This document shows positions 48,159 to 60,664 of a DNA stretch of 64,000 nt, piece by piece. The DNA is taken from positions 15,570,229 through 15,634,228 of the forward strand of contig NW_026943818.1 of NCBI RefSeq assembly GCF_035594765.1, written 5' to 3'. Numbering within the stretch: the stretch's first letter is position 1; each line of letters opens with the position of its first letter. The position numbers and the translations under genes were made by a program. The notes below the pieces were generated by a model. The model saw only the letters and a list, made by a program, of their open reading frames with translations, had not been told where the DNA came from and ran no database searches. This stretch comes from Anolis carolinensis (Eukaryota).

Positions 48159-48871
48159 ACAGAGAATGTAAAGTCCTTACATTAGATAACACGGATTGTT
48201 TATAGTTTGTAGCTGTTGGGTTTTTTATGTTTAGGGTATAGTAGTAGTAGAGTAGTAGTCTAGAATTTTTTTTGTAGATTATGTTTGTTTGTTTTTTTGT
48301 TCTTGTATGTTTGTAAGTTTTATTTTAATCTGTCTAAATAAAAAGTTACAGAAGGAGGTTTGGGCAAGATGCCATTTGGGGTCCCTGTGGGGTCCTGGGA
48401 TTCATTGCGATGGGCCTAGGCTTCAACCACATTGTCGGCCCCCATTTTCTCTCTCTTCTTGCTTTTTTGTCTCCTGTGAGGACGCATTTCCAATAACGTG
48501 CTTGAAGAATGTCAAGATGCAGCTGAATGCATATTTTTCTGATATCTTTACTTTTTACCTACCTTAGAATATAAGGTTTAGAACGTTAGTTAGCTCCAAG
48601 AACTTTCCTATCCCGAATGTATTTCCTTGACTTCAGTAAATACTTTAGAACTTGTATTTTGGCTCTGCCATCCTGAGCAACAGCGGCTTATCACAGCTCA
48701 ACACACGTAAGTTTCTGCTGTGCTCCTGGCACTCGGCTACGTTTTGGGTGGAATCCCCTTGATGTTTTAATTCTGTGTTGTGTTTTTTCGCCTATTGTGT
48801 ATATTTTATTATTGGTTTTTGTTGTTGTCCTTTGATGTGTCATATTTTATCATTGCTTGTATTTTGATTTT

Positions 48872-48927
48872 GCTGTAAGCCGCCCCGAGTCCCCTTCGGG
48901 GGAGATGGAGGCGGGATATAAATAAAC

Positions 48928-48972
<45 letters not shown>

Positions 48973-49019
48973 GCTGCCCCAAGTCCCTTTGGGGGAGATG
49001 GAGGTGGGATATAAATAAA

Positions 49020-49069
<50 letters not shown>

Positions 49070-49117
49070 GCTGCCCCGGGTCCCCTTCGGGGGAGATGGA
49101 GGCGGGATATAAATAAA

Positions 49118-49161
<44 letters not shown>

Positions 49162-49208
49162 GCCGCCCCGAGTCCCCTTCGGGGGAGATGGAGGCGGGAT
49201 ATAAATAA

Positions 49209-49264
<56 letters not shown>

Positions 49265-49335
49265 GCTGCCCCGGGTCCCCTTCGGGGGAGATGGAGGAGG
49301 CGGGATATAAATAAACATTACTATTATTATTATTT
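48872..49335 (+). repeat. Five tandem L2-like 3' tails separated by (TTA)n
   Basis: gccgccccgagtccccttcgggggagatggaggcgggatataaataaa repeated; a reverse array also lies at about 51235-51490. Confidence 0.8.
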
Positions 49336-49894
49336 GAGTCTAACTGCTCATAGATTCCCAACACTTAGTCCTCACGTTAGCTTAGAGGGCAAGGTCATTG
49401 TCCACATCACAATCTTTCTCATGCAAAATAGTTAGGGCCTCGGGCTTCCTCTGGAGAGGACAGTCCAAAGCCATTGGCATTACAGAAGCCTAAACCAGTA
49501 CAGTAGAGTCTCACTTATCCAACATTCTGGATTATCCAACGCATTTTTGTAGTCAATGTTTTCAATACATCGTGATATTTTGGTGTTAAATTCGTTAATA
49601 CAGTAATTACAACATAACATTGCTGCGTATTGAACTACTTTTTTTTGCCAAATTTGTTGTCTAACATGATTTTTTGGTGCTTAATTAGAAAAATCATAAC
49701 CTAATTTGATGTTTCATAGGCTTTTCCTTAACCCCTCCTTATTATCCAACACCTTTGCTTATCCAACATTCTGCCGGCCCGTTTACGTTGGATAAGTGAG
49801 ACTCTACTGTAATAGTAATAATTACTATTATTAGGGTGGTCAGTGCCAAACTCCAAGTAAAGTCCGTGAGTAAAAAAGTAAAAAATCCACTGTT

Positions 49895-49936
<42 letters not shown>

Positions 49937-50099
49937 GAAGATGGGACCCTTTATAAACAATCAGTCGGTGATGGCCTGATCGTCAGTCTATAAGAAAAAA
50001 TATAATAGTATTATAATAAAATTTATAATAATAGTATTAATAATAATAATAGAAGATGGGACCCTTTAAAAGCAAACTATTTATCATGTTCCGTTCAAC

Positions 50100-50640
50100 C
50101 CTTTCAAAGCTCCGCCCTCCTCTCCCACGAAGCCCCCTCCCTTGCCGGCCTGAGGTGACGTCACTCCCTCCCTCCCCCGAAGAAGAAGAGAGGAGGCCTC
50201 ATTGGCCGGCCGCCTTCTCGCCGCCCATCAATCCAAATCGAAGCGGAGAAAGCAGCCAACGGGAGACGTCTGGTGGGCGGGGCTTGAGGCAGGCAGCCAA
50301 TGGGTAGGCGAAGGCTGCCTTCGAGGTGAAGACGGAGGAGGGCGACGACAGCAAGGACGAGGCCTGTCTTTGTGAGGCGGGAGCGAAGCACACACACGTG
50401 TAGGTATGTCTGTCTGTATGTCTGTCTGTATGTAAGCCGCCCGTGAGGGGCCTGCCTGGTTCTTGTGTCGCCTCGGCGCCCCGCCCGCCTCTGCCCAGTG
50501 TGCGCGTGTGAGTGACGTGGCGCCCCGCCCCCTCCGGAGGCCTCCCTTTCGGAAGAGCCCCGCCCCCAAAGGCCGCCCGGCCCCGCCCCCTTCCGCGCCC
50601 ACCCAAGCCCCTCCCATTTTGGAGCCTCCATTGGCTTGTA
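50100..50640 (+). promoter_or_regulatory. CpG promoter and probable non-coding first exon of ZNF gene B (donor after 50403)
   Basis: TGACGTCA, CCAAT boxes, GC boxes, AG|GTATGT donor; acceptor at 52248 is homologous to 45187. Confidence 0.65.
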
Positions 50641-51206
50641 GAGCCCAGTTTATTTGTTTGTTTATTTATTTGCTACATTTATATCCCGCCCTTCTTTCTC
50701 ACTCAGAGCGGCTTACAAATTAAATTTACATACAATATTATATTATTAGCATAGCACAATACTGGTAATAAATTACTATATTGTACTATATCAATATATT
50801 GTAATATTATTAGTAATATTATTATTATTTATTATTTATTTATTTATTTGCGACATTTATATACCGCCCTTCTCACCCCGAAGGGGACTCAGGGCAGTTT
50901 ACAAGTATATATATATATACAATATATTGTATTATATAACTATATAGCAATATTATTAGTAATATTGCATGCAATATAAATATACAATTATAATAGTGTA
51001 AAATGTAAAATATTTTACATGTAAAATATAATATATAATTAATATTATTATATTCTATTAGTAGTATTATATTGTATTACAATATAATATGAATATTATA
51101 TGTATATACAATGTTATAATTATTATATATTATTGTAAATTATATTGGTCCAGTTTAATAGGTCCAGTCCACCTTGGACGAGGTGGGGTTTGCAGATCCT
51201 GTTTGC

Positions 51207-51238
<32 letters not shown>

Positions 51239-51291
51239 TCTATTCTTGTACCCCACCTCTATCTCCCCGCAGGGACTCAGGGCGGCTTACA

Positions 51292-51339
<48 letters not shown>

Positions 51340-51399
51340 TTTATTCTCGTACCCCGCCTCTATCTCCCCGCAGGGACTCAGGGCGGCTTACAGATAATG

Positions 51400-51430
<31 letters not shown>

Positions 51431-52418
51431 CAACTTTATTTGTATATCCCGCCTCCATCTCCCCGAAGGGACTTGGGGCGGCTAACACAGGGCCAAGCCC
51501 AAACAATTACAATAAAACAGAATAAAATACATAGAAAACACACGACAATGTCCAATAAAATGCTTATACAATAACAAAGTACAGTAGAGTCTCGCTTATC
51601 CAAAGTAAATGGGCCGGCAGAACGTTGGATAAGCTAATATGTTGGATAATAAGGAGGGATTAAGGAAAAGCCACATCAAATTAGGTTATGATTTTACAAA
51701 TTAAGCACCAAAACATCATGTTGTACAACAAATTTGACAGAAAAAGTCGTTCAATACACAGTGATGTTATGTTGCAATTGCTGTATTTAAGAATTTAGCA
51801 CTGAAATATCACAATGTCTTGAAAACATGGACTATTAATTCCAGTAAACTCATTACCCAGTGAATGGTGGCCCTGAATATTAGAAAGAAGCATTCCTTTT
51901 GCCTTCTGTACCCTTGTCCACATTAGTGATCGACCCAATGACACCAAAGAGCTGCACCAACATTGAATCCCAGAATCCCAGACTAGACCTCCTGGGCCTT
52001 CCAGTCCAACCGCATTCTGCTCAGAAGGAGTTCCCCTTTTCCCCTTCTGTCATTCATTCTTTTCACCCTCTCTCCCTTTTCTTCTTCTTGTCTAGATTCA
52101 TTCCCTTCTTCATTAAGATCGATCGATTGCCTTTGCTGGTCTTTGTGTATGCGCTTGAGCCCTGGGTGTCTGCATTTCTTGAAGTTTCCATTGTCAATAT
52201 GAAGGGTTCTGTCTCTCATCCTGGATCTTTTGCTTCTTTCTTGACCAGGGAAGTGAGGATTCTATGAAGCCGCCTCTCAGGTGCCGTAAGGAAACCAATA
52301 ATACAGGAAGAAGGTGATCCTCTTGCAGAATTCTTGACCTCACTTACAAATAAGAAAGGAAAAAAGAAGAGCCGAGTATTGGCCTTTCGACTGAACACCC
52401 ATATCACTCACTATCGAC

Positions 52419-53786
52419 ATGAAGGAAAAAGCATCTCAATGCCTGGAGTGTGGGAAGAGCTTCACTCGGAGGGATCGTCTGCAGCAACACGAAAGGACTC
52501 ACTCTGGGGAGAAGCCCTACCAGTGCCTGGAGTGTGGGAAGAGCTTCAGTGAGAATGGAAGTTTACGCAGACATCAGAGGACTCACACGGGGGAGAAGCC
52601 CTACAAATGCCTGGAGTGTGGGCAGAGCTTCACTCAGAGTTCAACTCTACGTTCACATGAAAGGACTCACTCTGGGGAGAAACCTTATACATGCCCGGAG
52701 TGTGGGCAGAGCTTCACTCAGAGTTCGGTTCTACGTTCACATCAAAAGACTCACACTGGGGAGAAACCCTATAAATGCCTGGAGTGTGGGCAGGGCTTCA
52801 CACGTAGTTCGGATGTACTCACGCATCAGAGGTCTCACACTGGGGACAAACTCTATAAGTGCCAGGAGTGTGGGCAGAGCTTCACTCATAATTCAGCTCT
52901 ACGTTCACATCAAAGGACTCACACTGGGGAGAAACCTTTTATATGCCTGGAGTGTGGACAAAGCTTCACTCGGAGGGGTTATCTGCAGCAACATGAAAGG
53001 ACTCACACTGGAGAGAAACCCTACAAATGCCTGGAGTGTGGACAGAGCTTCACTCAGAGTTCAGTCCTACGTTCACATCAAAGGACTCACACTGGGGAAA
53101 AGCCCTATAAGTGCCTGGAGTGTGGACAGAGCTTCGCTCACAGTGGAACTCTACGTTCACATCAAAGGACTCACTCTGGGGAGAAGCCTTATAAATGCCT
53201 GGAGTGTGGACAGAGCTTCACTCTTAGTGGAAGTCTACGTTCACATGAAAGGACTCACTCTGGGGAGAAGCCCTACAATTGCCTTGAGTGTGGACAGAGT
53301 TTCACTCTGAGTTCAAATCTACTTAGACATCAAAAGATTCACATGGGGAAGAAACTCTATAATTGCCTTGAGTGTGGACATGGTTTCAACCAGAGTTCAA
53401 ATTTACATAGACATCAAAGGACTCACTCTGGGGAGAAACCTTATAAATGCCTGGAGTGTGGACAGAGCTTCGCTCTGAGTGGAAGTCTACGTTCACATGA
53501 AAGGACTCACTCTGGGGAGAAACCCTATAATTGCCCTGAGTGTGGACAGAGTTTCACTCTGAGTTCAAATCTACTTAGACATCAAAAGCTTCACAGGGGG
53601 AAGAAGCCCTACAATTGCCTTGAGTGTGGACAGAGTTTCACTCAGAGTTCAAATCTACTTAGACATCAAAGGGTTCACTCTGGGGAGAAACCCTACAAAT
53701 GCCTGGAGTGTGGACAGAGCTTTGCTCACAATTCAGCTCTACATTTACATGAAAGGACTCACACTGAGGAGAAACCCTTTAAATAA
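52419..53786 (+). CDS. C2H2 zinc-finger protein B (455 aa; 16 fingers)
   Basis: Uninterrupted finger array; in-frame TGA at 52392 upstream of the ATG; no KRAB or SCAN seen. Confidence 0.88.
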   Translation: MKEKASQCLECGKSFTRRDRLQQHERTHSGEKPYQCLECGKSFSENGSLRRHQRTHTGEKPYKCLECGQSFTQSSTLRSHERTHSGEKPYTCPECGQSFTQSSVLRSHQKTHTGEKPYKCLECGQGFTRSSDVLTHQRSHTGDKLYKCQECGQSFTHNSALRSHQRTHTGEKPFICLECGQSFTRRGYLQQHERTHTGEKPYKCLECGQSFTQSSVLRSHQRTHTGEKPYKCLECGQSFAHSGTLRSHQRTHSGEKPYKCLECGQSFTLSGSLRSHERTHSGEKPYNCLECGQSFTLSSNLLRHQKIHMGKKLYNCLECGHGFNQSSNLHRHQRTHSGEKPYKCLECGQSFALSGSLRSHERTHSGEKPYNCPECGQSFTLSSNLLRHQKLHRGKKPYNCLECGQSFTQSSNLLRHQRVHSGEKPYKCLECGQSFAHNSALHLHERTHTEEKPFK

Positions 53787-54522
53787 TAATAACAACAACT
53801 TTATTTATAGACTGCTCTCTCTCTCCAAGGGTACTCATGGAGTGTGGACAGAGCTTCACTCAGACTTATCTAAGTGACATTTTTCAGTATTATTTCCATT
53901 CCATCCCAATATTTCAATATTATTTCAATATTACTTGTAATATTATTTATAAAATATGTAATATTTTTTCTTCCAATGTGGTTTAAATACTATGTGTCCC
54001 AGGGAGGTGAAGATCTTCCCTGAGTTTAAGTCTAGCCGGGTCCAACTCCCCCGAGTGGCTGGACATCTCCATTCCCATAATAATATTATGATGTAATACA
54101 ATGTAATAATAATTATAATTCACTATTATAATTGTATATTTATATTACATGCAATATTACTAATAATATTGCTATATAGTTGTATAATATAATATATTGT
54201 ATGTATATATACTTGTAAACCGCCCTTTGGGGTGAGAAGGGCGATATATAAATATCACAAATAATAATAATAATAATAATTCCCAATGCAAAGAGCCAGC
54301 GTTGTCCGGAGACACCGCCAAGGTTGTGTGGCCACGGGCACGGCAGCATGGAGTTCCAGTGTTACTTTCCTGCCAAGAGGAGTGGGCTCACCCCGCTTTC
54401 TGGGTTTGAAATTTCCGGATTCGCAAAGTTCAGTTCTTTGCAGTACCTATTTATCTACTCATATTTGCATGTATTTGAAAGGCTGGGTTGGCAGAAGACA
54501 GTTTTCAATAATGTAATTATTA

Positions 54523-54862
54523 AAACCTAAGTGGCCTTTCATGAGTACTAGTGGATATTATAACGTTTACTACTCAGGAAATAACATTTCTGAAGATCTG
54601 CTCTATATTTTGTGTGTTGCCGTATCTTTGTTCCTAACAGTTCAGAGAGATTACCAGGTACATCAGTCTAACAACTGAGAAACCTAAGTGGCCTTTCATG
54701 AGTACTAGTGGATATTATAGTATTTACTACTCAGGAAATAACACTTCTGAAGATCTGCTTTATATTTTGTACATTGGCATATCTTTGTTCCTAACAGTTC
54801 AGAGAGATTACCTGACACATCAGTCTAACAACTGTGAAACCTGAGTGCCTTGCATGAGTACT
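54523..54862. repeat. ~157-bp tandem duplication (about 2.2 copies)
   Basis: aaacctaagtggcctttcatgagtacta repeated. Confidence 0.85.
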
Positions 54863-55032
54863 ATATATACGTTTTTAAGGTTTTTATAATGTGTTTTAAC
54901 AATGTTATTAATGGCTCTTTATGTATTGTTCTGTTTTTATGATTGCATTTTTGTGCATTAAATTTTGCCAATTTTTGTAAGCCGCCCTGAGTCCCCTCGG
55001 GTGAGAAGGGCGGGGTATAAATGTTGTAAATA

Positions 55033-55074
<42 letters not shown>

Positions 55075-55995
55075 TTTATTCTTGTACCCCGCCTCTATCT
55101 CCCCGCAGGGACTCAGGGCGGCTTACAAATGCCAAAGAGTATACAAACAAAAACATCAAATACTGAAAATGCACAAATGAAAAATTAAAACATACGATTA
55201 AAATCAAACAATTGATAAGACAAGAATTTGATATTTAAACATATTTCAATAAATTTAAGTCCTTTCTCACTAAGTTGTGGAGCCCTAACAATGGCGTAGA
55301 AGAGAAGGGACACCTAGTGCACAGAAGGGACATTGACTACAAAACTGCGTTGGATAATCCAGAACGTTGGATAAGCGAGACTCTACTGTAGTTCAATACA
55401 GAGTAATGCTATGTAGTAATTACCGTATTTACGAATTTAGCATCAAAATATCACGATGCATTGAAAACATTGACTACAAAAATGCGTTGGATAATCCAGA
55501 ACATTGGATACGCGAGTGTTGGATAAGTGAGACTCTACTGTATTATTATCAATATTATATTTATATACAATATATTATATTATTAGTACAGCACAATATA
55601 AGCATATATTATTATACTGTACTATATGACTATATTGCAATATTATTAGTAACATGACATGGAATATATACAATTATAATAGTGTATTATTATTACATTG
55701 TATTACATCAGAATATTATTATCAATATTATATGTAATATTAATAATATGATGTAATACAATGTAATAATAATTATAATTCACTATTATAATTGTATATT
55801 TATATTACATGCAATATTACTAATAATATTGCGATATAGTTGTATAATATAATATATTGTATGTATATATACTTGTAAACCGCCCTGAGTCCCCTTCGGG
55901 GTGAGAAAGAAGGGCGGGATATAAATGTCGCAAATAAATAAATAAATATGTACAGTAATATATTATAATATTAGTACAGCACAATATAAGCTCTC

Positions 55996-57468
55996 TGTCT
56001 CCATCCAGTGGTGAAATGCGCGCATTGCAGGCGGAGAGAAAGTCAATGGGAATAAGCCGCTGTGTGTGTTTGTCTCCATCCAGTGGTGAAAGGCGCGCAT
56101 TGCAGGCGGAGAGAAAGTCAATGGGAATAAGCCGCTGTGTGTGTTTGTCTCCATCCAGTGGTGAAAGGCGCGCATTGCAGGCGGAGAGAAAGTCAATGGG
56201 AATAAGCCGCTGTGTGTGTTTGTCTCCATCCAGTGGTGAAAGGCGCGCATTGCAGGCGGAGAGAGAGTGAATGGGGAAGAATCCGCTGTGTGTGTTTGTC
56301 TCCATCCAGTGGTGAAAGGCGCGCATTGCAGGCGGAGAGAAAGTCAATGGGAATAAGCCGCTGTGTGTGTTTGTCTCCATCCAGTGGTGAAAGGCGCGCA
56401 TTGCAGGCGGAGAGAAAGTCAATGGGAATAAGCCGCTGTGTGTGTTTGTCTCCATCCAGTGGTGAAAGGCGCGCATTGCAGGCGGAGAGAGAGTGAATGG
56501 GGAAGAATCCGCTGTGTGTGTTTGTCTCCATCCAGTGGTGAAAGGCGCGCATTGCAGGCGGAGAGAGAGTGAATGGGGAAGAATCCGCTGTGTGTGTTTG
56601 TCTCCATCCAGTGGTGAAAGGCGCGCATTGCAGGCGGAGAGAAAGTCAATGGGAATAAGCCGCTGTGTGTGTTTGTCTCCATCCAGTGGTGAAAGGCGCG
56701 CATTGCAGGCGGAGAGAAAGTCAATGGGAATAAGCCGCTGTGTGTGTTTGTCTCCATCCAGTGGTGAAAGGCGCGCATTGCAGGCGGAGAGAGAGTGAAT
56801 GGGGAAGAATCCGCTGTGTGTGTTTGTCTCCATCCAGTGGTGAAAGGCGCGCATTGCAGGCGGAGAGAGAGTGAATGGGGAAGAATCCGCTGTGTGTGTT
56901 TGTCTCCATCCAGTGGTGAAAGGCGCGCATTGCAGGCGGAGAGAAAGTCAATGGGAATAAGCCGCTGTGTGTGTTTGTCTCCATCCAGTGGTGAAAGGCG
57001 CGCATTGCAGGCGGAGAGAAAGTCAATGGGAATAAGCCGCTGTGTGTGTTTGTCTCCATCCAGTGGTGAAAGGCGCGCATTGCAGGCGGAGAGAGAGTGA
57101 ATGGGGAAGAATCCGCTGTGTGTGTTTGTCTCCATCCAGTGGTGAAAGGCGCGCATTGCAGGCGGAGAGAAAGTCAATGGGAATAAGCCGCTGTGTGTGT
57201 TTGTCTCCATCCAGTGGTGAAAGGCGCGCATTGCAGGCGGAGCGAAAGTAAATGGGAATGAGCCGCTGTGTGTGTTTGTCTCCATCCAGTGGTGAAAGGC
57301 GCGCATTGCAGACGGAGAGAGAGTGAATGGGGAAGAATCCGCTGTGTGTGTTTGTCTCCATCCAGTGGTGAAAGGCGCGCATTGCAGACGGAGAGAGAGT
57401 GAATGGGGAAGAATCCGCTGTGTGTGTTTGTCTCCATCCAGTGGTGAAAGGCGCACATTGCAGGCGGA
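55996..57468. repeat. Minisatellite, 20 copies of a 75/76-bp unit in two variants
   Basis: Constant tgtctccatccagtggtgaaaggcgcgcattgcaggcggagaga plus variant A (aagtcaatgggaataag) or B (gagtgaatggggaagaat). Confidence 0.97.
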
Positions 57469-57572
57469 CTGGAAAATTCTCCGCATTGCCGTCAATGGAG
57501 ACGGAGGAGGAGGAGGAGGAGGAGGATGAGGAGGAGAAAGGCCTCTCCATGGAATATTCTTCAAATACCCTA

Positions 57573-58017
57573 AATACTCGGATATAAGCCGACCCGAATA
57601 TAAACCGAGGCATCTAATTTTACCACAAAAAAACCCTGGAAAATCATTGACTGCAGTATAAGCCGAAGGTGGGAAATTTCAGAAATAAAAATAGATACCA
57701 ATAAAATTACATTACCATATATACTCGAGTATAAGCCGACCCGAATATAAACCGAGGCATCTAATTTTACCACAAAAAAAAACCTGGGAAATCATTGACT
57801 CCAGTATAAGCCGAAGGTGGGAAATTTCAGAAATAAAAATAGATACCAATAAAATTACATTACCATATATACTCGAGTATAAGCCGACCCGAATTTAAGC
57901 CGAGGCCTCTAATTTTACCACCAAAAAACCCCCCAAAAAACTGGGAAATCATTGACTCCAGTATAAGTCGAGGGTGGGAAATTTCAGAAATAAAAATAGA
58001 TACCAATAAAATCACAT
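57573..58017. repeat. Three tandem copies (~145 bp) of a Tc2-like transposon end
   Basis: atactcgagtataagccgacccgaat repeated; matches 23567. Confidence 0.8.
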
Positions 58018-60663
58018 TGTGGGCGAAACGTTAGGAGAGAATGCTTCTGGAAGCCAATTATTATTTCTTACATTGTACTATATTCATCATATACCACAAT
58101 GTCTATAATACATCCCTAGTATGTTATATTATTAGTATTATGTAACATACTCGTGCTAAATGATAAGTTGCATAAGAGATGTGGGCGAAACGTCAGGAGA
58201 GAATGCTTCTGGGAAACCAATTATTATTTCTTAGATTGTACTATATTAATCATATACCACAATGTCTATAATACGCCCTTAGTATATTATATTATTAATA
58301 TTACATAATATAACTAGTGCTAAATCATAAGTTGCATAAGAGATGTGGGCAAAACGTCAGGAGAGAATGCTTCTGGAAAACCAATTATTATTTCTTAGAT
58401 TGTACTATATTAAACATATACCACAATGTCTATAATACACCCCTAGTATGTTATATTATTAGAATTATGTAACATACTCGTGCTAAATCATAAGTTGCGT
58501 AAGAGATGTGGGCGAAACGTCAGGAGAGAATGCTTCTGGAAGCCAATTATTATTTCTTACATTGTACTATATTAATCATATACCACAATGTCTATAATAC
58601 ACCCCTAGTATGTTATATTATTAGTATTATGTAACATACTCGTGCTAAATCATAAGTTGCATAAGAGATGTGGGCGAAACGTCAGGAGAGAATGCTTCTG
58701 GAAGCCTATTATTATTTCTTAGATTGTACTATATTAATCATATACCACAATGTCTATAATACACCCCTAGTATGTTATATTATTATTATTATGTAACATA
58801 CTCGTGCTAAATCATAAGTTGCATAAGAGATGTGGGCGAAACGTCAGGAGAGAATGCTTCTGGAAGCCAATTATTATTTCTTACATTGTACTATATTAAT
58901 CATATACCACAATGTCTATAATACACCCCTAGTATGTTATATTATTAGTATTATGTAACATACTCGTGCTAAATCATAAGTTGCATAAGAGATGTGGGCG
59001 AAACGTCAGGAGAGAATGCTTCTGGAAGCCAATTATTATTTCTTACATTGTACTATATTAATCATATACCACAATGTCTATAATACACCCCTAGTATGTT
59101 ATATTATTAGAATTATGTAACATACTCGTGCTAAATCATAAGTTGCATAAGAGATGTGGGCAAAACGTCAGGAGAGAATGCTTCTGGAAAACCAATTATT
59201 ATTTCTTAGATTGTACTATATTAAACATATACCACAATGTCTATAATACACCCCTAGTATGTTATATTATTAGAATTATGTAACATACTCATGCTAAATC
59301 ATAAGTTGCGTAAGAGATGTGGGCGAAACGTCAGGAGAGAATGCGTCTGGAAGCCAATTATTATTTCTTAGATTGTACTATATTAATCATATACCACAAT
59401 GTCTATAATACACCCCTAGTATGTTATATTATTAGTATTATGTAACATACTCGTGCTAAATCATAAGTTGCATAAGAGATGTGGGCGAAACGTCAGGAGA
59501 GAATGCTTCTGGAAGCCAATTATTATTTCTTAGATTGTACTATATTAATCATATACCACAATGTCTATAATACACCCCTAGTATGTTATATTATTAGAAT
59601 TATGTAACATACTCGTGCTAAATCATAAGTTGCATAAGAGATGTGGGCGAAACGTCAGGAGAGAATGCTTCTGGAAGCCAATTATTATTTCTTACATTGT
59701 ACTATATTAATCATATACCACAATGTCTATAATACACCCCTAGTATGTTATATTATTAGTATTATGTAACATACTCGTGCTAAATCATAAGTTGCATAAG
59801 AGAAGTGGGCGAAACGTCAGGAGAGAATGCTTCTGGAAGCCAATTATTATTTCTTACATTGTACTATATTAATCATATACCACAATGTCTATAATACACC
59901 CCTAGTATGTTATATTATTAGAATTATGTAACATACTCGTGCTAAATCATAAGTTGCATAAGAGATGTGGGCAAAACGTCAGGAGAGAATGCTTCTGGAA
60001 AACCAATTATTATTTCTTAGATTGTACTATATTAAACATATACCACAATGTCTATAATACACCCCTAGTATGTTATATTATTAGAATTATGTAACATACT
60101 CGTGCTAAATCATAAGTTGCATAAGAGATGTGGGCGAAACGTCAGGAGAGAATGCTTCTGGGAAACCAATTATTATTTCTTAGATTGTACTATATTAATT
60201 ATATACCACAATGTCTATAATACACCCCTAGTATGTTATATTATTAGTATTATGTAACATACTCGTGCTAAATCATAAGTTGCGAAAGAGATGTGGGTGA
60301 AACGTCAGGAGAGAATGCGTCTGGAAAATCAATTATTATTTCTTAGATTGTACTATATTAATCATATACCACAATGTCTATAATACACCCCTAGTATATT
60401 ATATTATTAGTATTATGTAACATACCAGTGCTAAATCATAAGTTGCATAAGAGATGTGGGCAAAACGTCAGGAGAGAATGCTTCTGGAAAACAATTATTT
60501 CTTACATTGTACTATGTTAATCATATACCATGATATCTATAATACACCACTAGCATGTTATATTATTCGTATTCTGTCACATACCAGTGCTAAATGATAA
60601 GTTGCATAAGAGATGTGGGCGAAATGTCAGGAGAGAATGCTTCTGGAAAACCAATTATTATTT
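58018..60663. repeat. ~162-bp AT-rich satellite, about 16 units
   Basis: Each unit carries agatgtgggcgaaacgtcaggagagaatgcttctgg from the Penelope terminus. Confidence 0.97.
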
Positions 60664-60664
60664 C

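Noticed and set aside
45609-53877. Alternative-frame ORFs over the ZNF arrays (..HIKGLTLGRN..)
   Set aside because: Known shadow frames of C2H2 repeats
55820-57613. Repetitive ORFs (MRAFHHWMETN..)
   Set aside because: Translations of the 75/76-bp repeat; the frame shifts at every B unit
55996-60663. CRISPR-like repeat/spacer arrays
   Set aside because: The variable parts are only two recurring variants or near-identical, there are no unique spacers or cas genes, and the context is vertebrate
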